The position numbers were made by a program, and so were the translations under genes. The notes beneath the pieces are model-generated. The model worked only from the letters and a program-made list of their open reading frames with translations, was not told the origin of the DNA and searched no databases. 35,979 bases of DNA, from positions 1 through 35,979 of the forward strand of contig JACRCY010000056.1 of NCBI GenBank assembly GCA_016218785.1, written 5' to 3'. This DNA is from Deltaproteobacteria bacterium (GTDB lineage: Bacteria; Myxococcota_A; Polyangia; JACRCY01). Within the stretch, counting starts at the first letter, position 1, and every line of letters begins with the position of its first letter. Positions 1-7,379 of the stretch are shown here, piece after piece.

Positions 1-1
1 C

Positions 2-472
2 CTGTCGCGCCTGACGCTGCCGGACGGCTCGGTCCAGTCGGTCCTGAACGCGCAGGGCAGGCTCGCGGCCTACCGTCCGGTGGCCCGCAACTGGACCGAG
101 TTCCGTCCCACTCCGCCCGACGAGTGGTTCTCGGACGACGAGCGGCTGCGCTTCCGCGAGTACTGGATGAAGGAAGCGCTGGTGCGGCTCAGCATCTGGT
201 GCGACCTGACCACGGCCAGCTGCCCCGACCAGCCGACGGTGGACCGGATCCTGGCGAGCCTCTTCGACGACGTGGCGCGGCGGCGGCCCGACGAGACCAT
301 CGAGGAGGTCCAGGCACGCTTCGATCGCTACCGGAAGAGCCGGGAGGAGTTCGTCCAGCTCTTCGGCGAGACCCCCCAGTCGATCTTCTCCTTCGCCGGC
401 CTCGAGCAGCACCGGGGGCCCGATGTCCCCAAGCCCCCGCTCGAGCCCGACGATCCCGACGGGGGCAGGTGA
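2..472 (+). CDS. hypothetical protein, 5'-truncated by window edge
   Basis: Frame 2 is open from the first bases to TGA 470-472; track ORF 80..472 is only its distal part, starting at an internal GTG. Composition is balanced (..WFSDDERLRFREYWMKEALVRLSIW..), unlike the Arg/Pro-skewed overlapping frames. No motif recognised. Confidence 0.5.
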   Translation: MSRLTLPDGSVQSVLNAQGRLAAYRPVARNWTEFRPTPPDEWFSDDERLRFREYWMKEALVRLSIWCDLTTASCPDQPTVDRILASLFDDVARRRPDETIEEVQARFDRYRKSREEFVQLFGETPQSIFSFAGLEQHRGPDVPKPPLEPDDPDGGR

Positions 473-475
473 CTC

Positions 476-2083
476 GTGTCATGGCTCAGGGGCAGCGTGG
501 TCCTCGCGGTGGTGGCGGTGCTGCTGGCGCTGGGCATCTTCCATGTCCGCGGCCGGGATCACGTGCCAGATTCGGCCGCCGACGCTGGTCTGCCGCCGCC
601 GCTCAGTTGGCTCCACGCCGTGCCCCCCGGTGACGTCGTGCCCACGCCGCTCACGGGGTCGGCGCCCTTCCATCGCCTGGATCTCAGGCTGATGGGCCTG
701 TCCAGGCACCGCGATCCCCATCTGGTCGGAAGGGTCGGGAGTGAAGAGATCACGACTCGCGAGATTGCCTCGCGCCACCCCGACCTGCTGGCGGGGCTCA
801 CCGAGCCGGCCATCGAGCACGCTCGCGGCCGTGGCGTGCGCTGGCTGGTCGAGCGCACGGCGCTGGAGCTCGAGGCCAAGCGCGCCCGGAGGAAGCTGCC
901 GGAGCTCCTGCTCCTGGCCTACGAATCGCTGCCGGCACCCGAGCAGCAGGAGCTCGAGCAGCTGCGCGCGCGCTTCGGCTCCGCCGACGATCCCGAGGTC
1001 GTGGCGGCGGCGCTGACCATGTGGCGCCTCGACCGCTGGAGACGCAATCGCTCGCTCATCGTGAACGCCGCGGCGCCCGCGAGCTTCCTCCGACGCGTGC
1101 GCCAGGACGAGCTCGATGGCGGGACCTCTCCGGGGGACACCCCGGTGCTGCGGCTGGGCGACCGGGTCCTGACCCAGGACGAGGTCCACGCCCTCGCGGG
1201 CATGAGCGAGCTGATGGTCCGCCGCGAGTACTACGACGTGGTCAAGCGGTACTTCGGCAAGCGCGTCTCCGAGCATGTCGCGCAGGAGCGGGCGAAGCTA
1301 CCGGACGGCTCGGCCGAGGCGGGCGAGACCGACGCCCTCCGGGATCTCCCGCCGGTGACGGACGAGGAGCTCGATGCGTTCCTGCAGACGCACCACGACT
1401 ACCAGAAGACGCTGGCGGGCCGCGAGCTGGCCCGCGAGCACATGGCCGTGGAGCGCCGCGAGCAGGCCCGCGAGGCGTACCGGCAGCGGCTCGTGCAGGC
1501 CGCCAGGGTCGAGTTCCTGCTGATACCGCCGAAGCCGCCCGTAGTCTCGTTCTCGCCCCTGGTCCCGCACGAGGTGGGACCAGCCAGGGCCAAGGTCCAG
1601 GTGGTCGCGCTCCAGGCCTTCGGCGCCGAGGCCGGCGTCCAGTTCGCCGCGGTGCTGGACTCGCTCTTCGAGGCGTATGGCGACCGGGTTCGCTTCGTCG
1701 TGCTGCCGCACTACCCGCAGATGGACGCGATCCGGCCCTACCGTGCGGAGATCGGTCTCTACTGCGCGCAGGAGCAGGGCCGTTTCCGCGACTTCTTCAC
1801 CAAGCTCCGCCGGGCCTACGAGCGTCCGCACGTGGGGGAGCTCGAGCGCAAGGCACGCCAGCTCGGGCTGGACGAGGCGCGTTTCAGGGCCTGCGTGAGC
1901 CAGGACCGCTACCTTCCCTTCATCTACGAGAACCGGCTGCTCGCCGAGCGCGCCGGCATCGAGGGCGGCGAGCCCGGCCTCTTCGTCAATGGACGGTTCG
2001 TGGAGGAGCCGAGCAGCCGCCGGAGCGTGCTCGATGCCATCGACCGGGCCCTGGACGAGGCGGGCATACCGAGGAATCGCTGA
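476..2083 (+). CDS. membrane-anchored DsbA/thioredoxin-fold protein lacking the CxxC active site
   Basis: GTG start 4 nt after the upstream stop. N-terminal hydrophobic anchor (VVLAVVAVLLALGIF). The C-terminal ~170 aa read like a DsbA-family domain (VQVVALQAF..VLDSLFEAYGDRVRFVVLPHYP..LYCAQEQGRFRDFF..GEPGLFVNGRF), but the CxxC position reads FGAEAGVQF. Confidence 0.6.
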   Translation: MSWLRGSVVLAVVAVLLALGIFHVRGRDHVPDSAADAGLPPPLSWLHAVPPGDVVPTPLTGSAPFHRLDLRLMGLSRHRDPHLVGRVGSEEITTREIASRHPDLLAGLTEPAIEHARGRGVRWLVERTALELEAKRARRKLPELLLLAYESLPAPEQQELEQLRARFGSADDPEVVAAALTMWRLDRWRRNRSLIVNAAAPASFLRRVRQDELDGGTSPGDTPVLRLGDRVLTQDEVHALAGMSELMVRREYYDVVKRYFGKRVSEHVAQERAKLPDGSAEAGETDALRDLPPVTDEELDAFLQTHHDYQKTLAGRELAREHMAVERREQAREAYRQRLVQAARVEFLLIPPKPPVVSFSPLVPHEVGPARAKVQVVALQAFGAEAGVQFAAVLDSLFEAYGDRVRFVVLPHYPQMDAIRPYRAEIGLYCAQEQGRFRDFFTKLRRAYERPHVGELERKARQLGLDEARFRACVSQDRYLPFIYENRLLAERAGIEGGEPGLFVNGRFVEEPSSRRSVLDAIDRALDEAGIPRNR

Positions 2084-2117
2084 GATGGGGCCCTCGTCCT
2101 GGGTCAAAGGAGGGACG

Positions 2118-2753
2118 ATGCAACGGATCGTGGCGCTTCCCCTGGTTGCCGCGCTGGTTGCGTGCTCGCCCTCGAGCCCGAGCAAGCCATCCCCGCCGGC
2201 GGCCACCGGCGTCACCGGGGTGGCGCCCGCATCCCAGCCGGCGGTGGCTGCCGCCGGGCCCGGCTCCCAGCCGTCCCCGGCGCCCGGCGTACCGGCGCCC
2301 GGCTCCCAGCCGTCGGCGACGCCCGGCGCGCGGGCGCCCGGCGCGGACGCGGTGCTCGAGGATCTCAAGGCCCTCAACTCGAGCATCAAGAGCGAGGTCA
2401 TGGGTGCTGGCCTGGCCCTGCGGATGCCGCGGCGCCAGGGTGCAGCGGACGAATGGCGCGAGGCGCTGTCGCGTGCGGCGCAGGCAGCGCGCAGGATCTC
2501 GCAGGGCTTCGACCGCTACAGCGCCAGGACCTCCGAGGTGCGATCGCTCTCCAAGGAGGCGGCGCGGGCGTGGGCCGCCCTCGGCGATGCGTACGCCCGC
2601 ATGAACACCGAGCTGGCCAAGGCCACCGGCGACGCGGCCGTCGACGAGATGGCGGCCTTGAAGGACGCGAAGGACGCCGCGGACACGGCCCGCAAGCAGG
2701 TCGACGAGGTCATGCGCCGGCTCGGGAAGCTCGCGGAGCGGCGCGGCCTGTAG
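2118..2753 (+). CDS. lipoprotein of unknown function
   Basis: ATG 2118 lies just after GGAGGG. Signal peptide with lipobox (MQRIVALPLVAALVAC/SPSS), then a Pro/Ser/Ala-rich linker and a helical Ala/Lys/Glu-rich C-terminal part. The upstream part of track ORF 1989..2753 overlaps the previous gene and is not used. Confidence 0.6.
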   Translation: MQRIVALPLVAALVACSPSSPSKPSPPAATGVTGVAPASQPAVAAAGPGSQPSPAPGVPAPGSQPSATPGARAPGADAVLEDLKALNSSIKSEVMGAGLALRMPRRQGAADEWREALSRAAQAARRISQGFDRYSARTSEVRSLSKEAARAWAALGDAYARMNTELAKATGDAAVDEMAALKDAKDAADTARKQVDEVMRRLGKLAERRGL

Positions 2754-2791
2754 CGCAGCCACCCGCCGCAGTCGTGCCCCCGACAAGTCAC

Positions 2792-2820
2792 TTGCCACGA
2801 CTTCGCGGCTTCACTACGAT
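2792..2820 (+). promoter_or_regulatory. sigma70-like promoter candidate (TTGCCA-17 nt-TACGAT), possibly giving a leaderless mRNA
   Basis: TTGCCA at 2792-2797, a 17-nt spacer, TACGAT at 2815-2820, and ATG at 2828 only 7 nt after the -10. No Shine-Dalgarno sequence lies between them. Confidence 0.3.
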
Positions 2821-2827
2821 CATCGAC

Positions 2828-3346
2828 ATGACTAGCCTCGACGGCATCAAGGTCGACGCCCGCAAGGGCGCCGCGTCGTTCGACGTGGACATGCGCATCT
2901 ACGGCATGGACGCCGTGCTGGGTGCGGCCTACGTCTTCATCAACCAGGCCTACGTCTTCCTCGACCAGCCCGGGCCCAACCGGATTCGGGTGCAGCTGTC
3001 CGGCAAGAGCGCGCTCGGCGCGGACGCCGTCACGGCCCTCTGTGGCGACTTCCTCAACGAGCTGCTCGGCCAGGTCCTGCGCGAGCGCACCTCGAAGCGG
3101 TACGGCAAGCTGCGGGAGGCGCTCCTGGCCAAGGCGCTCTTCGCGGCGGCACCGGGCCTCGCGACGGAGGGCACGGCGACGGCCGCGGCCGCGGCGGCGC
3201 CGGGCCCCACGATCGCCGAGCCCTCGCTCGCCGACCTCCCGGCCGACCAGGCGGACTTCCTCGATGACCCGCTGGGGATCGCGACGCCGTGGGAGGACAA
3301 GTACGGCAAGAAGGACGAGGGCAAGAAGGACGAGGGGCAGGGGTGA
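2828..3346 (+). CDS. HxsD-like small protein with an Ala-rich/acidic C-terminal tail ending in a KKDEG tandem repeat
   Basis: The N-terminal ~100 aa fit the pattern I recall for His-Xaa-Ser system protein HxsD: Y..DAVLGAAYVF.NQAYVFLD...IRVQLSGK...L.GDFLNELLGQVLRE...LREALLAKALF (compare the family's 'LLNDYxLRE' motif). Its stop TGA overlaps the ATG of the following HxsB-like rSAM gene (TGATG). Confidence 0.5.
   Translation: MTSLDGIKVDARKGAASFDVDMRIYGMDAVLGAAYVFINQAYVFLDQPGPNRIRVQLSGKSALGADAVTALCGDFLNELLGQVLRERTSKRYGKLREALLAKALFAAAPGLATEGTATAAAAAAPGPTIAEPSLADLPADQADFLDDPLGIATPWEDKYGKKDEGKKDEGQG
3305..3334 (+). repeat. perfect tandem 15-nt repeat GGCAAGAAGGACGAG x2 (encodes GKKDE-GKKDE)
   Basis: Read directly: copies at 3305-3319 and 3320-3334 are identical, in frame, and sit 4 codons before the stop of the HxsD-like gene. 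Confidence 0.9.
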
Positions 3347-4842
3347 TGGGGCGCGCGATGCCGAGGTCCAGGGTCACCAGGCTCCGGTCCAACGAGCCCG
3401 CGCCGCATCGCTTCCGCGCCGTGGCCGGGAAGTGGCTGGTCACGAACGACGTGGGGTCGTACGACTACCTCGATGCCGGCGAGTTCGAGGCCTGGCAGCG
3501 CGGCGAGCTCGCGGAGGCGGATCCGACCTTCGCGCGGCTCAAGGCCAAGGGGCTGGTCGGCGCGGGCTACGACGAGGACGCGGCGGCGGCGCGCCTGTGC
3601 CAGCGCAAGGGCTTCCTCTCGACCGGTCCCTACCTCCACATCTTCGTCGTCTCGCTGCGCTGCAACCAGCAGTGCATCTACTGCCACGCCAGCCGCGCGA
3701 GCATGAAGAGCGCGGGTCGCGACATGACGCCCGAGGTCGCGGACAGGTGCCTCGACCTGGCGTTCCGCACGCCGTCCCCCTACCTCAATATCGAGTTCCA
3801 GGGGGGCGAGCCGCTGGCCAACTGGGACGTGGTCCGCGGCATCGTCGAGCAGGCCACCGCACGCAACCGCGACGCGCGCAAGGAGCTGTCGTTCTCCCTG
3901 GTCACGAACCTGAGCCTGATGGACGAGGAGAAGCTCCAGTTCATTCTCGAACGCGGCATCCAGGTCTGCACCTCCATCGACGGGCCCGAGGCGCTGCACA
4001 ACCACAACCGCAAGTGGACGGAGGGCAACGCCCACGCGGCCACCGTCGAGTGGATGCAGCGGCTGAACGCGGGTTACGTGGCGCGGGGGCTCGACCCCGA
4101 CCTCTACCACGTCGAGGCGCTGCTCACCGTGACCCGTGAGAGCCTGGGCCACGCCCGCGCCATCGTCGACGAGTACGTGCGCCTGGGGCTCAAGGGGGTG
4201 TTCCTGCGGCCCCTCAACCCCTTCGGCTTCGCGGCGAAGACCGACGACAAGATCGGCTACGCCGCCCGCGAGTTCATGCCCTTCTACCGCGACGCCCTCG
4301 ACTACATCATCGACCTCAACCGGCAGGGGGTCGAGATCATGGAGCGGTGGGCGACCATCTTCCTGGCCAAGATCCTCACCGATCAGGATCCCAACTACGT
4401 CGACATCCGCTCGCCCTGCGGGGCCGGCGTCGGCCAGATCGCCTACAACTACGACGGCCAGATCTTCACCTGCGACGAGGCGCGCATGGTCTACCAGATG
4501 GGCGACCCGGCGTTCCGCGTGGGCCAGGCCGGCGAGATCTCGTACGACGAGGTCATCGACTCGAGCGTGGTGCGCTCGCTGCTGTTCGCCTCGACGCAGG
4601 AGGCGCTGCCGCACTGCTCCGAGTGCGCCTACCTACCGTACTGCGGCACCTGCCCGGTCTACAACTACGGCACGCAGGGGAACATCTTCGGCCTGATGCC
4701 GTCGAACCAGAAGTGCATCATGCACATGGCGATCCTCGACCGCCTGTTCGAACTGATGCGCGACGGCGGGGACGAGGTCTTCGGCATCTTCCGGCGGTGG
4801 ACCACCGTGCGGGACCGGCCCTACTACATCATCCACGACTGA
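3346..4842 (+). CDS. radical SAM/SPASM maturase, HxsB-like
   Basis: CxxxCxxC motif (SLRCNQQCIYCHA) and GGEPL. C-terminal SPASM-type Cys cluster (SPCGAG..FTCDE..HCSECAYLPYCGTCPVY). The N-terminal 'F..V.G.WLV.N..G.Y..L...EF' region with LKAKGLV resembles HxsB/HxsC. Start is coupled to the upstream stop. Confidence 0.8.
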   Translation: MGRAMPRSRVTRLRSNEPAPHRFRAVAGKWLVTNDVGSYDYLDAGEFEAWQRGELAEADPTFARLKAKGLVGAGYDEDAAAARLCQRKGFLSTGPYLHIFVVSLRCNQQCIYCHASRASMKSAGRDMTPEVADRCLDLAFRTPSPYLNIEFQGGEPLANWDVVRGIVEQATARNRDARKELSFSLVTNLSLMDEEKLQFILERGIQVCTSIDGPEALHNHNRKWTEGNAHAATVEWMQRLNAGYVARGLDPDLYHVEALLTVTRESLGHARAIVDEYVRLGLKGVFLRPLNPFGFAAKTDDKIGYAAREFMPFYRDALDYIIDLNRQGVEIMERWATIFLAKILTDQDPNYVDIRSPCGAGVGQIAYNYDGQIFTCDEARMVYQMGDPAFRVGQAGEISYDEVIDSSVVRSLLFASTQEALPHCSECAYLPYCGTCPVYNYGTQGNIFGLMPSNQKCIMHMAILDRLFELMRDGGDEVFGIFRRWTTVRDRPYYIIHD

Positions 4843-4876
4843 GCACACGTCCCCGAAGACTCGGGCCCACTTCCCA

Positions 4877-4891
4877 GCGCCCAAGGGGCGC
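4877..4891. terminator. small GC hairpin between convergent genes (weak bidirectional terminator candidate)
   Basis: GCGCCC (4877-4882), loop AAG, GGGCGC (4886-4891), located in the 71-nt gap between convergent stops at 4842 and 4914. The stem is short and there is no U-tract. Confidence 0.2.
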
Positions 4892-4913
4892 GACGCGCGT
4901 GCTCCGCCAGGGC

Positions 4914-5873
4914 TCACTCCTGAGCCCCGGGGCGGCGGCCGGAGGCGGGCGCGGAGGTGACCGGCACGAACTCGTCCCAGCCGTACGCGTCCAGGTACGT
5001 GCGCCACACGCCCAGGCAGGCGCGCGAGTAGCTGCACCGGTCGCACTCCGCGCGCTTGACCCGGTTCTTCTCTTCCTTGGTCACGCGGGTGGCCTGCAGG
5101 CGCACCACCCCGTCCTTGCCGGGCTCGTCGAACTTGGCCAGCTCCACGTAGCCGCGCACCTCGGCCGGCAGGCCCTCGGTGGTGCACAGGGGCAGGTCCA
5201 CCAGGTAGATCGCAGGCCGGGGCGCGGGCACGGTGTCGAGGAAGCGCCGGAACTCGGCCGCGATGTCCCGGTAGCGCGCCACGAGCTGCTCCACCAGCTT
5301 GCCGGCGCGGCCCAGCGGCTGCATCACGTTGAAGACGTACTCGTCGATGCGATGGGGCTCGAGCAGCCGGTACAGCTCGGCGAGGCGCCGGCAGTTCCGC
5401 TGACCCACGACGGTCGAGGTCTGGACGCGGAACGAGCCTTCGCCCTTGAGGCGGGCGAGCGTCGCGAGACCCGCCATGGTCTGCTCGAAGCTCCGCGGCG
5501 TGCGCGTCTGGCCGTCGTGGCAGCGGGCGTCGGGCCCATGGATCGAGACGACCACCAGGTTGAGCCCCTCGCCCAGGAGCTCGCGGGTGTAGGGCTCGTA
5601 CCCGAGGCGCCGGGCGTTGGTCGTGAGCCCGATGGTGCGGTAGCCGAGCTGCCGCGCCCAGCGGACGTAGACCGGGAGGTTCGGGTTGAGCGTCGGCTCG
5701 CCAGACGTGAACATGACGTCCCCGTCGGCCGCGTGCGCGCGGAGGCTGTCGAGCACCCGCCGCGGGGTGATGCGCGCGTGGAGCTGCATGCGCTTCACGC
5801 GGTCGTCCTCCATGCAGAAGACGCAGTTGTTGTTGCAGGTGGGCCCGGAGAGGATGTGGAAGCGCTCGTGCAC
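4914..5873 (-). CDS. radical SAM protein (short, twitch/SPASM-like C-terminal CxxCx5C tail)
   Basis: GPTCNNNCVFCME motif and SGEPTLNP. C-terminal CDRCSYSRACLGVWRTYLDAYGWDEFVPVT. Paralogous to the genes at 32907..33932, 14440..15783 and 29434..30525. Confidence 0.85.
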   Translation of the reverse strand: MHERFHILSGPTCNNNCVFCMEDDRVKRMQLHARITPRRVLDSLRAHAADGDVMFTSGEPTLNPNLPVYVRWARQLGYRTIGLTTNARRLGYEPYTRELLGEGLNLVVVSIHGPDARCHDGQTRTPRSFEQTMAGLATLARLKGEGSFRVQTSTVVGQRNCRRLAELYRLLEPHRIDEYVFNVMQPLGRAGKLVEQLVARYRDIAAEFRRFLDTVPAPRPAIYLVDLPLCTTEGLPAEVRGYVELAKFDEPGKDGVVRLQATRVTKEEKNRVKRAECDRCSYSRACLGVWRTYLDAYGWDEFVPVTSAPASGRRPGAQE

Positions 5874-5879
5874 GAGGTG

Positions 5880-7379
5880 TCACTCCGCGGCGGCGTCGGC
5901 GAGCCACCTCTGGACCGCGCCCAGCACCGCCTCGGTCTTCGGCGTCAGCGTGCCGCCATGGGAGAGGGCGAACTCCCCGGCGCGCCGGTAGTGGGGGCGG
6001 CCGTCCTGGAACGGCTGGATGACCACCTGCCCGCGGCGCTCGTGCTGCCCGGCGTCCTCGAACTCGACCACCACGTCCTGCAGCGAGGGCCGCACCTCCA
6101 CCTTGCGGGAGCGCTCGAGCCGTTCGATGAGGGGCTGCAGGACCGCCTGCTGCTCGCGCGAGAACAGCGGCCCGCTGTCCTCCTCCCGGGGGTAGAGGAT
6201 CGAGTAGACCTCCTTGCGCGCGCACTGGTACATCACCTTGTCGGGGACGAACTCGTAGTCCTGATCGAAGCAGGCGATCAGGTAGTCCGGCACCAGGGCG
6301 AGGTTGCAGACGCTGCCGAGCGCGAAGACGGAGGTGCCGACCCGCAGCGAGTTCGCACCGCTCGCGAGCCGCTTGAACACGTCCCAGTGGGGCTGCACCG
6401 CGCGGTCGAACTCGGGCGAGAAGAAGCCCACGGCCTCGACGGTGTTGCCGTGGGGGTAGACCGCGTAGCCCGCCTGCGCCGCCGCCGCCGCCATCCCGGC
6501 GCCGGTCTCCTCGAGGTATCGCTCCATGGTCGCGACCCGGTCGGGCGACGGCGCCGCCCCACCGTCCGCGAAGTAGTTGGCGTCGAGGAGGTTGACGATG
6601 ACCGAGTCGGGCCGGATCTCCATCAGGGCGCGGAAGTTCTCGAGGAACTGCGCGGCCGTCTCGTCGCGCAGGCCGAGCACCAGGTCCAGGTTGCAGTGGA
6701 TCCCGCGCGCCTGGGCGGAGCGCACGCGCCGGGCGAGGCGCCCGGGCTCGATCGCGAACATGGCGCTCGACCGGCGGGTGACGGGCTGCAGCGTCTGCAC
6801 GCCCATGCTGATCCGCGGGATCCCGAACTCCGCGAGCACGTCGAGGGTGGCGTCGTGGGCCGTCGGCACCGACATCTCGAAGGTGTTCACCGGGTTCTCG
6901 GCGCGCACCTCGAAGCGCTCGTGGAAGCGGGTGAAGAGGCGGCGCAGCTGCGCGGGGGAGAGGATGGAGGGGGTGCCGCCGCCCACGGAGAAGTAGCGGA
7001 TCGGCGTGTCGTGGAAGAGGGGCGCGAAGAAGTCCATCTGCGCGCAGACGAAGTCCACGAAGCGGTCGAGGAAGTTGCGCCCGTGCGCGAGCTTGAGGCG
7101 GAAGCAGCGGCAGAAGCTGCACGTGTGGGTGCAGAAGGGCACGTGGAAGTAGATGCCCACCGGGTAGTCGCTCGCCACGCCCGGGGTGGCGAGCTGGCGG
7201 CGCCACAGCTCGGCGAGCTGCGCCGGGGTGTAGCGGCCGTGCCGGTCGCCCCACGGCGGATCGTAGACGTCGAAGTCGACGAAGCACGGCCGGTCCAGGA
7301 TCCCCAGGTGCCCGGCCAGCCTCCAGCCATCGAGGAGCTGGCTCGGGCGCCGCCGCGGGACCGTGTCGCGGAGCCTCAT
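5880..7379 (-). CDS. HemN/HemW-like radical SAM protein with a C-terminal shared accessory domain
   Basis: YFHVPFCTHTCSFCRCF and SVGGGTPS, hallmark motifs of the HemN-like family. ATG 7379 overlaps the upstream stop (ATGA). The rest of track ORF 5880..7958 is Arg/Pro-rich and overlaps the U32 gene. The last 86 aa (5883-6140) are one copy of the shared domain. Confidence 0.85.
   Translation of the reverse strand: MRLRDTVPRRRPSQLLDGWRLAGHLGILDRPCFVDFDVYDPPWGDRHGRYTPAQLAELWRRQLATPGVASDYPVGIYFHVPFCTHTCSFCRCFRLKLAHGRNFLDRFVDFVCAQMDFFAPLFHDTPIRYFSVGGGTPSILSPAQLRRLFTRFHERFEVRAENPVNTFEMSVPTAHDATLDVLAEFGIPRISMGVQTLQPVTRRSSAMFAIEPGRLARRVRSAQARGIHCNLDLVLGLRDETAAQFLENFRALMEIRPDSVIVNLLDANYFADGGAAPSPDRVATMERYLEETGAGMAAAAAQAGYAVYPHGNTVEAVGFFSPEFDRAVQPHWDVFKRLASGANSLRVGTSVFALGSVCNLALVPDYLIACFDQDYEFVPDKVMYQCARKEVYSILYPREEDSGPLFSREQQAVLQPLIERLERSRKVEVRPSLQDVVVEFEDAGQHERRGQVVIQPFQDGRPHYRRAGEFALSHGGTLTPKTEAVLGAVQRWLADAAAE

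Noticed and set aside
2258-2314. 18-nt direct repeat GCCCGGCTCCCAGCCGTC (2258-2275 and 2297-2314)
   Set aside because: It lies within the Pro/Ser/Ala-rich linker of the lipoprotein, encoding PGSQPS twice. It is a low-complexity coding repeat, not a regulatory or mobile feature.
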